A stretch of DNA of 64,000 bases, from contig CAVUCU010000004.1 of NCBI GenBank assembly GCA_963740085.1, positions 128,001-192,000 of the forward strand, written 5' to 3'. Both the position numbers and the translations under genes were made by a program. The notes beneath the pieces are model-generated. The model was given only the letters and a program-made list of their open reading frames with translations, had not been told where the DNA came from and ran no database searches. This document shows, piece by piece, positions 30,643 through 41,110 of the stretch. Position 1 is the first letter of the stretch; each line of letters begins with the position of its first letter. The DNA is from Nitrospirota bacterium (GTDB taxonomy: Bacteria > Nitrospirota > UBA9217).

Positions 30643-31944
30643 ATGATCCCTCGCTACAGCAGGCCGGAGATGACCCGTCTCTGGGAACCCGAGAACAGAT
30701 ACCGCACCTGGCTCGAGGTTGAGATCCTTGCCTGCGAGGCCAACGCAAAACTGGGGCTGATCCCGGCAAGGGCGCTCGCAACCATCAAGAAAAAAGCCGA
30801 CTTCAAGGTCAAGCGGATCGATGCCCTTGAAAGGACGGTGAAACACGACGTCATCGCCTTCCTGACCGCCGTCGGCGAGCATATCGGCCCTGATTCCCGG
30901 TACGTCCATCTCGGGCTCACATCCTCAGATGTCCTCGACACCTCGCTTGCCGTGCTCATGCGACGATCATCGGACATTATCGTCGACGATATCCGCCTCG
31001 TTCTCAAAACGCTCAAGAAGAAGGCTTTGCGGTATAAAAAAACGGCAATGATCGGCCGTTCACACGGTGTGCATGCAGAGCCGGTGACCTTCGGCCTCAA
31101 GATGGCCCTCTGGTTCGAGGAAATGCAGCGCGCCCTCGATCGCATGCTGCGGGCACGGGACGTGATCAGCGTCGGCAAGGTTTCGGGTGCAGTCGGGACC
31201 TTCGCGAACATCGACCCTTTTGTAGAGATGTATGTCTGCCGCAAACTGGCGCTTAAACCCGAACCGGTTGCGACACAGGTGGTGCAGCGCGACCGGCACG
31301 CCGAGTTTCTGACGGTGCTTGCGCTCATTGCGTCGTCGATCGAAAAATTCTCCCTTGAACTCCGCCATCTTCAACGGACCGAGGTTCTTGAGGCGGAGGA
31401 GTATTTTTCAGAAGGCCAGAAGGGTTCCTCGGCAATGCCGCATAAACGGAACCCGATCTCGGCCGAGAATCTGTCCGGTCTTGCCCGCGTCGTGCGCGCG
31501 AACTCCATCGCGGCGATGGAGAATGTCGCTCTCTGGCACGAGCGGGACATCAGCCATTCGTCGGTCGAGCGGATCATCATACCCGACAGCACCATCCTCG
31601 TTGACTACATGCTTGCGCGTTTCAATACCCTGATCGACGGGCTTTTTGTTTATCCCAAGAACATGCAACGCAATATGGCCATCTCCCGGGGGCTCTTTCA
31701 TTCGGAGACCGTGATGCTTGCACTTGTTGGCAAGGGGATCACTCGCGAGGCCGCATATTCCACTGTTCAGAGAAACGCGATGGATGTATGGAAACACGGC
31801 GGGGATTTCAAGCAGCTTTTGAAGAGCGACAAGGATATTCGCAAATATCTGAGCAGCAGGGAGATCGACGAGTGTTTTGACCTTTCACATACGCTCAGGA
31901 ACGTTGATTATATTTTCAAGAGGGTATTTAAAAAAAACCAGTAG
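30643..31944 (+). CDS. purB: Adenylosuccinate lyase
   Basis: MIPRYS, HDVIAF, GRSHGVHAEP, GSSAMPHKRNP. Confidence 0.98.
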   Translation: MIPRYSRPEMTRLWEPENRYRTWLEVEILACEANAKLGLIPARALATIKKKADFKVKRIDALERTVKHDVIAFLTAVGEHIGPDSRYVHLGLTSSDVLDTSLAVLMRRSSDIIVDDIRLVLKTLKKKALRYKKTAMIGRSHGVHAEPVTFGLKMALWFEEMQRALDRMLRARDVISVGKVSGAVGTFANIDPFVEMYVCRKLALKPEPVATQVVQRDRHAEFLTVLALIASSIEKFSLELRHLQRTEVLEAEEYFSEGQKGSSAMPHKRNPISAENLSGLARVVRANSIAAMENVALWHERDISHSSVERIIIPDSTILVDYMLARFNTLIDGLFVYPKNMQRNMAISRGLFHSETVMLALVGKGITREAAYSTVQRNAMDVWKHGGDFKQLLKSDKDIRKYLSSREIDECFDLSHTLRNVDYIFKRVFKKNQ

Positions 31945-32024
31945 TCTCCCGAATGCACGAAGTCTCGAAGTAAACCATGCAGGTTTTTTTAGTGTCTTCG
32001 TGGTGAAAAGGACGTGTGGAAATT

Positions 32025-33422
32025 ATGTTCGACAAATTTCATGAAGAATGCGGAGTGTTCGGGATCTTCGGCCATCCCGATGCCGCGAACCTCACCTACC
32101 TGGGGCTTTATGCATTGCAGCACCGTGGCCAGGAATCGGCGGGAATCGTATCGTCCGACGGCAAGCGGCTTTATGGTGAGAAGTCCATGGGTCTCGTGGC
32201 CGATATCTTCACCGAAGACCGGATCAAGAGGCTTCCCGGTCACATGGCCATCGGGCACAATCGCTATTCGACCACCGGCGACAGCGTCGCCATCAACATC
32301 CAGCCCATTCTCGTGAACTTCGCGCTCGGCGGCCTCGCAATCGCCCACAACGGCAACCTCGTGAATGCCGGCATCCTCAAGGACGAACTCGAGGCCTACG
32401 GCTCCATTTTCCAGTCCACCATGGACAGCGAGGTGATCGTCCATCTCATCGCCCAGTCGCGCATGTCCACCCTGCACGAGCGGATCATCGATGCCCTCAG
32501 CCATGTGCAAGGCGCTTACAGTCTGCTCATTATCACCGAAGATGAACTTATCGCGGTCCGCGACCCTCACGGGTTCAGACCGCTCTCGATTGCGGAGCTA
32601 GACAACGGGTATGTTGTCGCTTCAGAGACCTGCGCCTTCGATCTGATCGAGGCCACCCACATCCGCGACATCGCACCCGGCGAGATGGTCGTGATCAACA
32701 GCCATGGCATCAGCTCGTCGTTTCCCTTCAAGCCCGCGGAGCCGTCCCACTGCATTTTTGAGTTCATCTATTTTGCAAGGCCCGACAGCATGGTCTTCGG
32801 TCAGAACGTGTATACCATCCGGAAGAATTTCGGCAGACAGCTCGCCCGCGAGACAGGCATCGAGGCCGACGTCGTCATCCCGGTCCCGGATTCCGGCGTG
32901 CCTGCGGCCCTGGGATTTGCCGAAGAGGCGGGAATTCCCTTTGATACCGGACTGATCAGGAACCACTATGTAGGACGCACGTTCATCGAGCCGCGCCAGA
33001 CCATCAGACACTTCGGGGTCAAGATCAAGCTTAATCCTGTCAAAGACGCGCTGAAAGGCAAACGAGTGGTCGTGGTGGATGATTCCATCGTGCGCGGCAC
33101 TACGAGCAAGAAGATCATCAAGATGATCAGGAACGCGGGCGCGTCGGAGATCCATATGCGCATCAGTTCCCCACCGACCGCGTTCCCCTGTTTCTACGGC
33201 ATTGACACTCCAACGAGACAGGAACTCATTGCTTCATCGCACAGTATCGAGGAGATCAGGAAGTACATAACCGCGGACACGATAGGATATATCAGCATGG
33301 ACGGCATCCAGAAGGTGGTGCCGTTCCGCATGAATTACTGCTCAGCGTGTTTTGACGGCGAGTATCCCGTGCCGTTCCCCGGCGAGAAGATGCTGCAGCT
33401 GGGATTGTTTGATAAGGAGTGA
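32025..33422 (+). CDS. purF: Amidophosphoribosyltransferase
   Basis: [30 protein letters not shown], Fe-S cysteines. Confidence 0.98.
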   Translation: MFDKFHEECGVFGIFGHPDAANLTYLGLYALQHRGQESAGIVSSDGKRLYGEKSMGLVADIFTEDRIKRLPGHMAIGHNRYSTTGDSVAINIQPILVNFALGGLAIAHNGNLVNAGILKDELEAYGSIFQSTMDSEVIVHLIAQSRMSTLHERIIDALSHVQGAYSLLIITEDELIAVRDPHGFRPLSIAELDNGYVVASETCAFDLIEATHIRDIAPGEMVVINSHGISSSFPFKPAEPSHCIFEFIYFARPDSMVFGQNVYTIRKNFGRQLARETGIEADVVIPVPDSGVPAALGFAEEAGIPFDTGLIRNHYVGRTFIEPRQTIRHFGVKIKLNPVKDALKGKRVVVVDDSIVRGTTSKKIIKMIRNAGASEIHMRISSPPTAFPCFYGIDTPTRQELIASSHSIEEIRKYITADTIGYISMDGIQKVVPFRMNYCSACFDGEYPVPFPGEKMLQLGLFDKE

Positions 33423-33431
33423 CTTGAGGCA

Positions 33432-33510
33432 AGCGCGAAATTCAAAGGCATTTCGATATTTGAGATTTTGAAATTGTTTAGAGTTTCGAGCTTGGAATTC
33501 AGAACTTGCT
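33432..33510. repeat. Degenerate heptamer element (TTCGAAT/GAATTT-like) between purF and tRNA-Phe
   Basis: atttcgatatttgagattttgaaattgtttagagtttcgagcttggaattcagaactt. Confidence 0.5.
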
Positions 33511-33519
33511 TTGAAAGAA

Positions 33520-33595
33520 TGGTGCCGAGGCGCAGAATCGAACTGCGGACACGAGGCTTTTCAGGCCTCTGCTCTACCAACTGAGCTACCTCGGC
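33520..33595 (-). tRNA. tRNA-Phe(GAA), CCA encoded
   Basis: GCCGAGGTAGCTCAGTTGGTAGAGCAGAGGCCTGAAAAGCCTCGTGTCCGCAGTTCGATTCTGCGCCTCGGCACCA, 76-nt cloverleaf. Confidence 0.98.
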
Positions 33596-33921
33596 GGTTT
33601 TTGACGATTGCCTGACGAGACGGTAAAATAGCAGAGTAGGGGGTTGATTGTCAAGGATTTTTCTTTTGCCCGATGATGAAGAACGTTTTCTCCATGGTCC
33701 GCCTGTTTTAACGTTACGGCTTTGACAAAAATGTTTTTTCAATGGAACCCGGACGTGTCTATCAATCAAGGTCCGTAACCTCCTGCACTATCCCTCCTCA
33801 CCGGCGAATGCTTCGGCCGGTTTCTGTTGTGATACAGGTCGTATCCAATCCATTTTCGTTTTGCCCGTTGACAGTTGTTTTGCATTTGCCGGTTGCATGC
33901 ACACCGCAGAAAAGTATTACC

Positions 33922-33951
33922 TTGACTTTAGCTGCCATTGTTTGGTAGAAT
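33922..33951 (+). promoter_or_regulatory. Putative sigma70 promoter TTGACT-N18-TAGAAT with extended TG
   Basis: 35 nt upstream of the TPR gene. Confidence 0.5.
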
Positions 33952-33985
33952 TTCGTCTATCGTTTTGATATGAAAAGCAAATTCC

Positions 33986-35689
33986 ATGGATAAAGAACCC
34001 TCTGAAATAGCCAAGTTAACGGGGCGTATTTCGAAAGACCCCAAATCAAAGCTTTTTGTTCCGCTGGCGGAAGAGTACAAAAAAACCGGGGACATTGAGA
34101 TGGCTATCTATGTGCTTTTGGAGGGGCTCAAAAGCAATCCGGATTATGTAACAGCGCGGTCATCCCTGGGCAAACTCCTGCTTGCAAAGGGAGACTTGGA
34201 GGGTGCGCAACAGGAATTTGAAGAGGTCGTGAAGACCAATCCGGACAATCTTCTGGCCCAAAAAAAACTGGGCGATCTTTTTATTCTCCGGAACAGGCCG
34301 CTTGACGCGATCCCGCATTATAAAATTGCCCTCTCTCTCAACCCCGGTGATGCGGAACTGGCCTCCCTGATACTGGATGTCGAGGAAGGCCGGGATGTCA
34401 GGTCAAAATTCCAAATGTCAAAGGCGAAGACGACTGATGACCAGGCGGTAAAACAGGAGCCACCCGCATCGGCAGCAGCCCCTGAACCGGCGCCGGGACC
34501 TGTTCCTCCCCAACCAGCGAATGTTGAACCAAGAATAACGCTTGAAGCTTCACCCGTGTCCGAGGCGGTGTCGACGGAGCCACTTACAAAGATGGCACCG
34601 GCGCCGGAGCTTTCGATGACTGAAACGGAAGAGCCGGAAGAGGTCCTCGTGGTGGAGCCGTTGGAGCCGGAGAATTCTGCGCAGGAACCGCAGGCGGCCT
34701 CCAATGATCTTCCAGGAGAACATGAACGCCCGGCAGTACCTTTGGGTGTCGCGGATGAAAGTTTTGACTTTGATTTTCAGGAAGGCGATCAACATCCGGA
34801 TGAGCCGGTTGCCAGCCAGGACATCCGTTCTGAAACGGGATTGATCGAGGTTGAGGACGGGGAAACAATCCCGACGGCTATTGCTGAGGAAACGGCTTCG
34901 GAAGAGATCATTGAGGCCGGGTTCGGCGAAGAGGTCCTTGAACCTGCGCCGGGACCATTGTCCGAAGACAGCTCGGGCAAATCAGATGATTTTACGACCG
35001 ACACGCTCGCAGAGCTTTATATTTCCCAGGGCTTCTTTGAAAAGGCCGTTGAAATATACGAACGGATGCTGGTTGATAAGCCCAACAGCCAGGGGTTGCA
35101 GGACAAACTTTCGTGGGTGAGGTCCGAATTTGCCCGAACGGTTACGCCGGCACCGGAAGAAAAAAAGGAAGAGAATATTTTCGATTCACTGGAAACGGGT
35201 GAATACGCTCCTGTTGTCGAAGACCGTGAAATTGCGGGTGAACCGCCGGAAGAGCCCCAGCCCCAGCAAAAAGACGACACCGCCGGCTTCAGACCCGATG
35301 CGGTCACTGAATCCCGGAAAGAGGTGCCGGCGATTGAGCTGGAAGAAGCGCCAATAGAAGCTGAGATTTTAGAGGAACCGGATGAAATCGGGCCGGAGAA
35401 AAAATCATCGGAGGAGAACAGTGCTGTTGAGCCCGGGGAGGATCAACCCATACCAGGGCCGAACGAGCAGACAACAGCAGGGGGAGATGCAGGGTTCGAA
35501 GTTTTGACGGATTCGCCCGCCCGGACGCAGGCCGGTTCAGAGCCAAAGCTCGAGGATTTTGAGCCGCGGGAGTACGTCCCGCCTGCCGCGGAGCCGGAAC
35601 GCACGACACGAGATCATCGCACCGGCGGGCGCAAGGAAACGATTGCTCGTTTGGAAACCTGGCTCACTACTATCAAAAAGGAGAAATAA
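33986..35689 (+). CDS. TPR protein with long acidic Pro/Glu-rich linkers
   Basis: N-terminal TPRs (DPKSKLFVPLAEEY...), internal TDTLAELYISQG repeat, C-terminal helix IARLETWL. Confidence 0.85.
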   Translation: MDKEPSEIAKLTGRISKDPKSKLFVPLAEEYKKTGDIEMAIYVLLEGLKSNPDYVTARSSLGKLLLAKGDLEGAQQEFEEVVKTNPDNLLAQKKLGDLFILRNRPLDAIPHYKIALSLNPGDAELASLILDVEEGRDVRSKFQMSKAKTTDDQAVKQEPPASAAAPEPAPGPVPPQPANVEPRITLEASPVSEAVSTEPLTKMAPAPELSMTETEEPEEVLVVEPLEPENSAQEPQAASNDLPGEHERPAVPLGVADESFDFDFQEGDQHPDEPVASQDIRSETGLIEVEDGETIPTAIAEETASEEIIEAGFGEEVLEPAPGPLSEDSSGKSDDFTTDTLAELYISQGFFEKAVEIYERMLVDKPNSQGLQDKLSWVRSEFARTVTPAPEEKKEENIFDSLETGEYAPVVEDREIAGEPPEEPQPQQKDDTAGFRPDAVTESRKEVPAIELEEAPIEAEILEEPDEIGPEKKSSEENSAVEPGEDQPIPGPNEQTTAGGDAGFEVLTDSPARTQAGSEPKLEDFEPREYVPPAAEPERTTRDHRTGGRKETIARLETWLTTIKKEK

Positions 35690-36046
35690 ATGTCCTTTTC
35701 CGAGATCCTGAAAGAAGTAGTCAATAGCACGGAAGGAGCCCTTGGCGCGCTGATCGTGGGTCTTGACGGCATTCCCGTTGAAGAGTACGCCGTGAACAGC
35801 GATATTGACATCCAGTCCATGACCGTTGAATTCTCGTCGCTCCTTAAGGAAATAGAGAAGGGCTCCCAAGCCGCGGAAATGGGCTCCTCCAGGGAAGTGA
35901 CGGTCATCGCGGACAAGGCCATAATCATGCTGCGCAGGCTGAACGAAGAGTATTTTATCGTTTTGATCTTAAGACCTGAGGGAAATTTCGGCAAAGGAAG
36001 GTTCCTCCTTCGAGTGTCGGCGCCCAGGCTGCTGAAAGAGTTTTGA
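35690..36046 (+). CDS. mglC: Roadblock/LC7 protein, MglC-like
   Basis: MSF...VV...GAL....G.DGI...[18 protein letters not shown], matching M. xanthus MglC as recalled; efp-accB-accC nearby. Confidence 0.75.
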   Translation: MSFSEILKEVVNSTEGALGALIVGLDGIPVEEYAVNSDIDIQSMTVEFSSLLKEIEKGSQAAEMGSSREVTVIADKAIIMLRRLNEEYFIVLILRPEGNFGKGRFLLRVSAPRLLKEF

Positions 36047-36122
36047 GAAAATTGATTATTCTCGGCTGTGCGGTCGCTCCAGAAACTGCCTTGGGCAGTT
36101 TTTTATTTTGTGCGGGGGATAT

Positions 36123-36572
36123 ATGAAAATCCTGGTCATTCACGGGCCCAACCTGAACCTTCTCGGCAGGCGCGAACCTGACATATACGGCACGCTCACA
36201 CTCGATGAGATCAATAACAGGCTTTCCTCGCTTGCGAAGGAACTCGGCGCCGAGGTATCGTTCTATCAGTCGAATCATGAGGGAGAGCTGGTCCAGAAGA
36301 TCCAGGACGCCATGGGCGTCTACGGGGCCATCGTGATCAATCCGGGCGCGTACACGCACACCAGCGTGGCACTCCGGGACGCGATATCATCCACCGGTAT
36401 TCCGACCGTGGAAGCGCATATCTCCAATATCTATAGACGCGAGGAGTTCCGGAAGCATTCGTACATCTCCGATGTGGCGATCGGGCAGGTCACCGGCTTT
36501 GGGGCCGACAGCTACCTCCTTGCGTTCAGGGCAGCGGTCGGGTTCGGAAGGGCCGGTGCGGGCAAGAAGTGA
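36123..36572 (+). CDS. aroQ: Type II 3-dehydroquinate dehydratase
   Basis: [34 protein letters not shown]. Confidence 0.97.
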   Translation: MKILVIHGPNLNLLGRREPDIYGTLTLDEINNRLSSLAKELGAEVSFYQSNHEGELVQKIQDAMGVYGAIVINPGAYTHTSVALRDAISSTGIPTVEAHISNIYRREEFRKHSYISDVAIGQVTGFGADSYLLAFRAAVGFGRAGAGKK

Positions 36573-37654
36573 TGCGGAGGCCGGAACAAGACCGTCTCGC
36601 CGGGCTCAGGCAGATCATGAGCGCGAACAAGCTCGACTCACTTCTCGTGACCAGACGTGAAGATGTTCGCTATCTGAGCGGGTTCACCGGTTCGTCCGGT
36701 TCCCTGCTGGTCTCTTCAAACAGGTCATGTCTGATCACTGATTTCCGATACACTGTGCAGTCCCGCAAGGAAACCGCCGGTATCGTGATCCTGATCCAGA
36801 AAAAAGATCATTTCACGGCTGTCCGGGAGGCCGGCGAGCGTATGGGCGTTGATACGCTCTGGTTCGACGAATCGGCGCTCACGGTCGAAGGACTTAAAAA
36901 TTTTAAAAAAGCGGGGTTCAAGCTCAAGGGACATGCTGACCTGATCAGGACGCTCAGGCAGCAGAAAGACAAACAGGAACTTGCGAACATAAGAACGGCC
37001 ATACGCCGTGCCGAGGAAGCGTTCCTGGAGTTAAAGGCGGACATCAAGCCGGGGGCCACGGAGCAGTGGCTCGGCTCGAAGCTTGAATATCTGATGCGGG
37101 AGAAAGGCGCTCACCGGGCGGCTTTTGATACCATTGTGGCTTCAGGCGCTCACGGGGCCATGCCCCATGCCTCGGTAACGAACCGTCGCATAAAAAAAGG
37201 GGATCTGGTGACCTTTGACTTCGGCGCTGAGGCGAACGGGTATTACAGCGATATAACGCGGACCTGCTGTGTCGGGCGGCCTTCCGCGCGGCAGAGGGAG
37301 ATCCATGATCTTGTGCTGCAAGCCCAGTCAGCCGCGATCCAGAGCATCGGCATCGGCGTTCCGTGCAGGTCTGTTGACCATGCCGCACGGGAGGTCATCA
37401 AAGGAGCGGGACACGGAAGGCACTTTGGCCATGGCACCGGACACGGCGTCGGGCTCATGATCCATGAGGGGCCGTCCGTCTCTCCGCTGTCCAGCGATAC
37501 CGTTGAAGAGAACATGGTTTTCACCGTCGAGCCAGGCGTGTATATCCCCGGCTGGGGAGGGGTCCGCATCGAAGACATGGTTCTGGTGACGGGAAAAGGC
37601 GTCAAGGTGCTGACCACGTTGCCGAGGGAGTTGGAGAGCTTAAAGAGTCTATAG
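36569..37654 (+). CDS. Xaa-Pro aminopeptidase (M24)
   Basis: [43 protein letters not shown]. Confidence 0.95.
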   Translation: MMRRPEQDRLAGLRQIMSANKLDSLLVTRREDVRYLSGFTGSSGSLLVSSNRSCLITDFRYTVQSRKETAGIVILIQKKDHFTAVREAGERMGVDTLWFDESALTVEGLKNFKKAGFKLKGHADLIRTLRQQKDKQELANIRTAIRRAEEAFLELKADIKPGATEQWLGSKLEYLMREKGAHRAAFDTIVASGAHGAMPHASVTNRRIKKGDLVTFDFGAEANGYYSDITRTCCVGRPSARQREIHDLVLQAQSAAIQSIGIGVPCRSVDHAAREVIKGAGHGRHFGHGTGHGVGLMIHEGPSVSPLSSDTVEENMVFTVEPGVYIPGWGGVRIEDMVLVTGKGVKVLTTLPRELESLKSL

Positions 37655-37708
37655 AGTCTATAGAGTCTAAAGAGTTTGTAGAGTTTATAGAGTTTATTGA
37701 GTCTGATG
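37637..37708. repeat. Nonamer tandem AGTCTATAG-like x8, supplying the peptidase stop codon
   Basis: agcttaaag agtctatag agtctatag agtctaaag agtttgtag agtttatag agtttattg agtctgatg. Confidence 0.85.
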
Positions 37709-37775
37709 AGTGAAAGAGCAGAGCGGTCAAGTGGACCTGATATTATATTGCAGTACGAAAGGGAGGTAGTGCGAA

Positions 37776-38342
37776 GTGCCGGTATCCACAACAGAGTTTA
37801 GAAACGGTTTAAAAATCGAGATCGACGGCGAGCCGTACGTGATCGTGGAGTTTCAGCATGTGAAACCCGGCAAGGGCGGGGCGTTCGTGAGGACCAAGTT
37901 CAAAAGCCTCAAGTCGGGGAACGTGACCGACAAGACCTTCAGGGCGGGTGAAAAAGTAGATGTCCCCGACCTCGAGGAAAAGACGATGCAGTACCTTTAT
38001 GGCGCCGACAAGGACCGCGTGTTCATGGATACCACCAGCTATGAACAGGTATCCCTGAACGAAAAGCAGCTCGGCGACAGTATCAATTATCTTAAAGAGA
38101 ATATGGAAATCAAGGTCCTCTATCACAAGGGAATGCCGATAAACATTGAAGTTCCCATGTTTGTGGAGCTCGTGATCGCCAAGACCGATCCGGGTGTGCG
38201 GGGCGATACCGCCTCGGGGGGCTCCAAGCCGGCAACCCTCGAGACCGGCGCCATGGTCAAGGTTCCGCTTTACATGAACGAAGGCGATGTCATCAAAGTC
38301 GACACGCGCACGGGGACCTTTATCGAGCGGGTCAAGAAATAG
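37776..38342 (+). CDS. efp: Elongation factor P
   Basis: [29 protein letters not shown]. Confidence 0.98.
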   Translation: MPVSTTEFRNGLKIEIDGEPYVIVEFQHVKPGKGGAFVRTKFKSLKSGNVTDKTFRAGEKVDVPDLEEKTMQYLYGADKDRVFMDTTSYEQVSLNEKQLGDSINYLKENMEIKVLYHKGMPINIEVPMFVELVIAKTDPGVRGDTASGGSKPATLETGAMVKVPLYMNEGDVIKVDTRTGTFIERVKK

Positions 38343-38384
38343 TCCTGTTCACCATCATATCAGCGACGTGAAAAAGGAGTAGTT

Positions 38385-38885
38385 ATGAACCTGAAAGAGA
38401 TCAAGGAACTGATAGAGCTGATGAAAAACACGGACATCTCGGAACTGGAGATCGAACGTTCGGGTGTGAAAGTTCGGCTCCGGAAGGGCGGTGACGTCAC
38501 CTTCCATCCTTCAATGCCGCGCATGGAATATCCGCCCGCCGCCATCGTGGCGCCGGCAGTCGCCGTGGCGCCGACGCCCGGGGCAGTTGCCGAGAAGGAA
38601 ACGGAGCCGGCCAAAACGAACGTCATCAAGGTTACGTCTCCCATTGTCGGCACGTTCTACCGGTCGAGTTCTCCGGACAAGCCGGCGTATGTGGAGGTCG
38701 GTGATGTCGTGAAAAAAGGCCAGGTGCTCTGCATCATCGAAGCAATGAAACTCATGAATGAGATCGAGTGCGAGAGCGCCGGAAAGATCGTTCAGATACT
38801 GGTGGAGAGCGGCGCTCCCGTGGAGTACGGCGAGCCGCTTTTCGTGATCGAGCAAAATGAGGACGGTAATGTGAAATTGAAGTAA
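38385..38885 (+). CDS. accB: Biotin carboxyl carrier protein
   Basis: [25 protein letters not shown]. Confidence 0.97.
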   Translation: MNLKEIKELIELMKNTDISELEIERSGVKVRLRKGGDVTFHPSMPRMEYPPAAIVAPAVAVAPTPGAVAEKETEPAKTNVIKVTSPIVGTFYRSSSPDKPAYVEVGDVVKKGQVLCIIEAMKLMNEIECESAGKIVQILVESGAPVEYGEPLFVIEQNEDGNVKLK

Positions 38886-39004
38886 CTGCCCGGGTGGACA
38901 GCTGAAGGTGAAGAGACTAAAGTGGGTGCAAATAGTTATTTTGAACACTTCTGTCTTCAACCTCACCGTCTGAATTGCTTCAGCTCGAATATCCGGGTAG
39001 TTCC
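38882..39004. mobile_element. MITE-like element: GTAACTGCCCGG ... CCGGGTAGTTCC ends around a GCTGAAG/CTTCAGC palindrome
   Basis: Imperfect 13-bp inverted ends (10/13); ends resemble the TIRs of the 135-bp family. Confidence 0.5.
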
Positions 39005-39019
39005 CTTTGAGGTGAGTGA

Positions 39020-40366
39020 GTGTTTAAAAAAATATTGATCGCCAACCGCGGCGAGATCGCTCTCCGTGTCATCCGGGCATGCAAGGAGATGGGCATCAAG
39101 ACTGTTGCCGTGCATTCCACCGCGGACGCAAACTCACTGCATGTGCGCTTCGCGGATGAGAGCGTCTGCATCGGTCCGCCGAAGAGCTCGGACAGTTATC
39201 TGAACGTCCCGAGCATCATAAGCGCTGCAGAGATCACGGATGCCGAGGCCATTCACCCCGGATACGGCTTCCTTGCGGAGAACGCGAGTTTCGCCGAGAT
39301 CTGCAACTCCACGGGGATCCGTTTCATCGGACCGAGCCCCGAGAGCATCAAGCAGATGGGAGACAAGGCCAGGGCCCGGGAAACGGCGCAGAAAGCGGGC
39401 GTTCCCGTTCTGCCGGGCAGCAATGGAGTAGTGACCGAGGAAAGCAGCGCTATTGAGATCGCGAGGGATATCGGCTTCCCGGTGATCGTCAAGGCCGCAG
39501 CGGGGGGAGGCGGCAAAGGCATGCGTGTTGTGCTGGAAGAGTCTGAGTTCGCCAATGCCTTTGTCATGGCCCAGACCGAGGCGCTTGCCGCGTTCAGCAA
39601 CGCCGACGTCTATATAGAAAAGTATATCCTCCAGCCGCGGCATATCGAGATCCAGCTTATCGCGGACGAAAAAGGGAACACGGTCCACCTTGGCGAACGT
39701 GAATGTTCGATCCAGCGCAGGCACCAGAAGCTGATCGAGGAAGCCCCTTCCGTCATTGTCAACGAAGCTTTGCGGAAACAGATGGGAGAGATGGCTGTTG
39801 CCATTGCAAGGTCCGTCAAGTACCGCAACGCAGGGACGATCGAGTTCCTGTTGGACGAGAGCGGAAAATATTACTTCATGGAGATGAATACCCGTATCCA
39901 GGTAGAGCACCCGGTGACGGAGATGGTGACGGGAATAGATCTGGTGAAGGAGCAGATCCGCATTGCGGCGGGACTGCCCCTCTCGTTCACCCAGGGTGAT
40001 ATCAGGATCAAGGGACACAGCATCGAATGCAGGATCAACGCCGAGGACCCGGAGAAGTTCACTCCTTCGCCGGGAACCATCACCGCGTTCAACCCCCCGG
40101 GAGGCCCCGGTGTCCGGGTGGAAACCGCTGCCTACACCCAGTACGTGATCCCGCCTTATTATGATTCGATGATCGCCAAACTGGTCGTGCACGCGGAGAC
40201 CAGGGCCGACGCGATCATGAGGATGAAGCGTGCGCTGAACGAGTTCATCATCGAGGGGGTCAAGACCACGATCCCCATGCAAAAAAAGATCCTTGACGAC
40301 CCTCAATTTCAGAAGGGCGATATTTCCACCAAGTTCATGGAGCGGTACAATAACCCGGCAACGTGA
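39020..40366 (+). CDS. accC: Biotin carboxylase
   Basis: [44 protein letters not shown]. Confidence 0.98.
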   Translation: MFKKILIANRGEIALRVIRACKEMGIKTVAVHSTADANSLHVRFADESVCIGPPKSSDSYLNVPSIISAAEITDAEAIHPGYGFLAENASFAEICNSTGIRFIGPSPESIKQMGDKARARETAQKAGVPVLPGSNGVVTEESSAIEIARDIGFPVIVKAAAGGGGKGMRVVLEESEFANAFVMAQTEALAAFSNADVYIEKYILQPRHIEIQLIADEKGNTVHLGERECSIQRRHQKLIEEAPSVIVNEALRKQMGEMAVAIARSVKYRNAGTIEFLLDESGKYYFMEMNTRIQVEHPVTEMVTGIDLVKEQIRIAAGLPLSFTQGDIRIKGHSIECRINAEDPEKFTPSPGTITAFNPPGGPGVRVETAAYTQYVIPPYYDSMIAKLVVHAETRADAIMRMKRALNEFIIEGVKTTIPMQKKILDDPQFQKGDISTKFMERYNNPAT

Positions 40367-40367
40367 T

Positions 40368-41015
40368 ATGAAAGGGCTCTGTCTGATCCTTGATCAGGAC
40401 CTTCTCCGCGTCAGTCCGGAGCAGGCGATGCGACAGGCGCTGGCCGCGGGGGTGAAGTTCTTCCAGTACCGGAACAAGAACGGAGCGCGGAAGGTCATCT
40501 ATGAAACCGCATTGACGCTCTCCCGGATCGCCGGGAACGCGCAGGCGTGTTTCATCGTCAATGACCATGCCGACATAGCAGCGGCTGTTGATGCGGACGG
40601 AGTGCATCTGGGGCAGGACGACCTCCCGATCGAATTCGCGCGAAGACTGCTCGGCAGGGACAAACTCATCGGAATCTCAACCCATAGTCTTGAACAGGCC
40701 CGCGCAGCAGAGGCCGCAGGCGCGGACTACATTGGGTTCGGCTCCCTCTTCAGAACTTCTACCAAGGATGCCGGACAAACGCAGGGGATACAGAACCTCA
40801 CGATCATCACAAATTCGGTTGCTATCCCGGTCATTGCCATCGGCGGCATCAATCAGGCGAATGTGCAGTTTGTTGCCCGGGCCGGCGCGGCCGGCGCGGC
40901 GGTGATATCGGCAGTGCTGGCCGCCCCTGACATCAGGTCCGCGGCGGAGCAGCTGGTCGGCATATGGACGGTAAACCGTCAAACGTTACATGAGATAGTG
41001 AGGGACAAAAAATGA
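40368..41015 (+). CDS. thiE: Thiamine-phosphate synthase
   Basis: QYRNK, IVND, GVHLGQDD, GIS.H, T.TK, AIGGI. Confidence 0.93.
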   Translation: MKGLCLILDQDLLRVSPEQAMRQALAAGVKFFQYRNKNGARKVIYETALTLSRIAGNAQACFIVNDHADIAAAVDADGVHLGQDDLPIEFARRLLGRDKLIGISTHSLEQARAAEAAGADYIGFGSLFRTSTKDAGQTQGIQNLTIITNSVAIPVIAIGGINQANVQFVARAGAAGAAVISAVLAAPDIRSAAEQLVGIWTVNRQTLHEIVRDKK

Positions 41016-41028
41016 AACCGCAAGATTT

Positions 41029-41092
41029 AACCACAGAGAACACCGAGAAAAAGTCTTTTCGATATTAAACAAACCCTGTGAATTCTGTGGTT
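41029..41092. repeat. ACCACAGAG-type palindrome; related copies at 50894-50957, 51552-51660 and 54183-54300
   Basis: aaccacagagaacaccgag ... ctgtgaattctgtggtt. Confidence 0.7.
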
Positions 41093-41110
41093 TGATGTCA
41101 GGAGGGATAC

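Noticed and set aside
33423-33985. Integrative element at tRNA-Phe
   Set aside because: No integrase and no duplicated tRNA 3' end seen in the window
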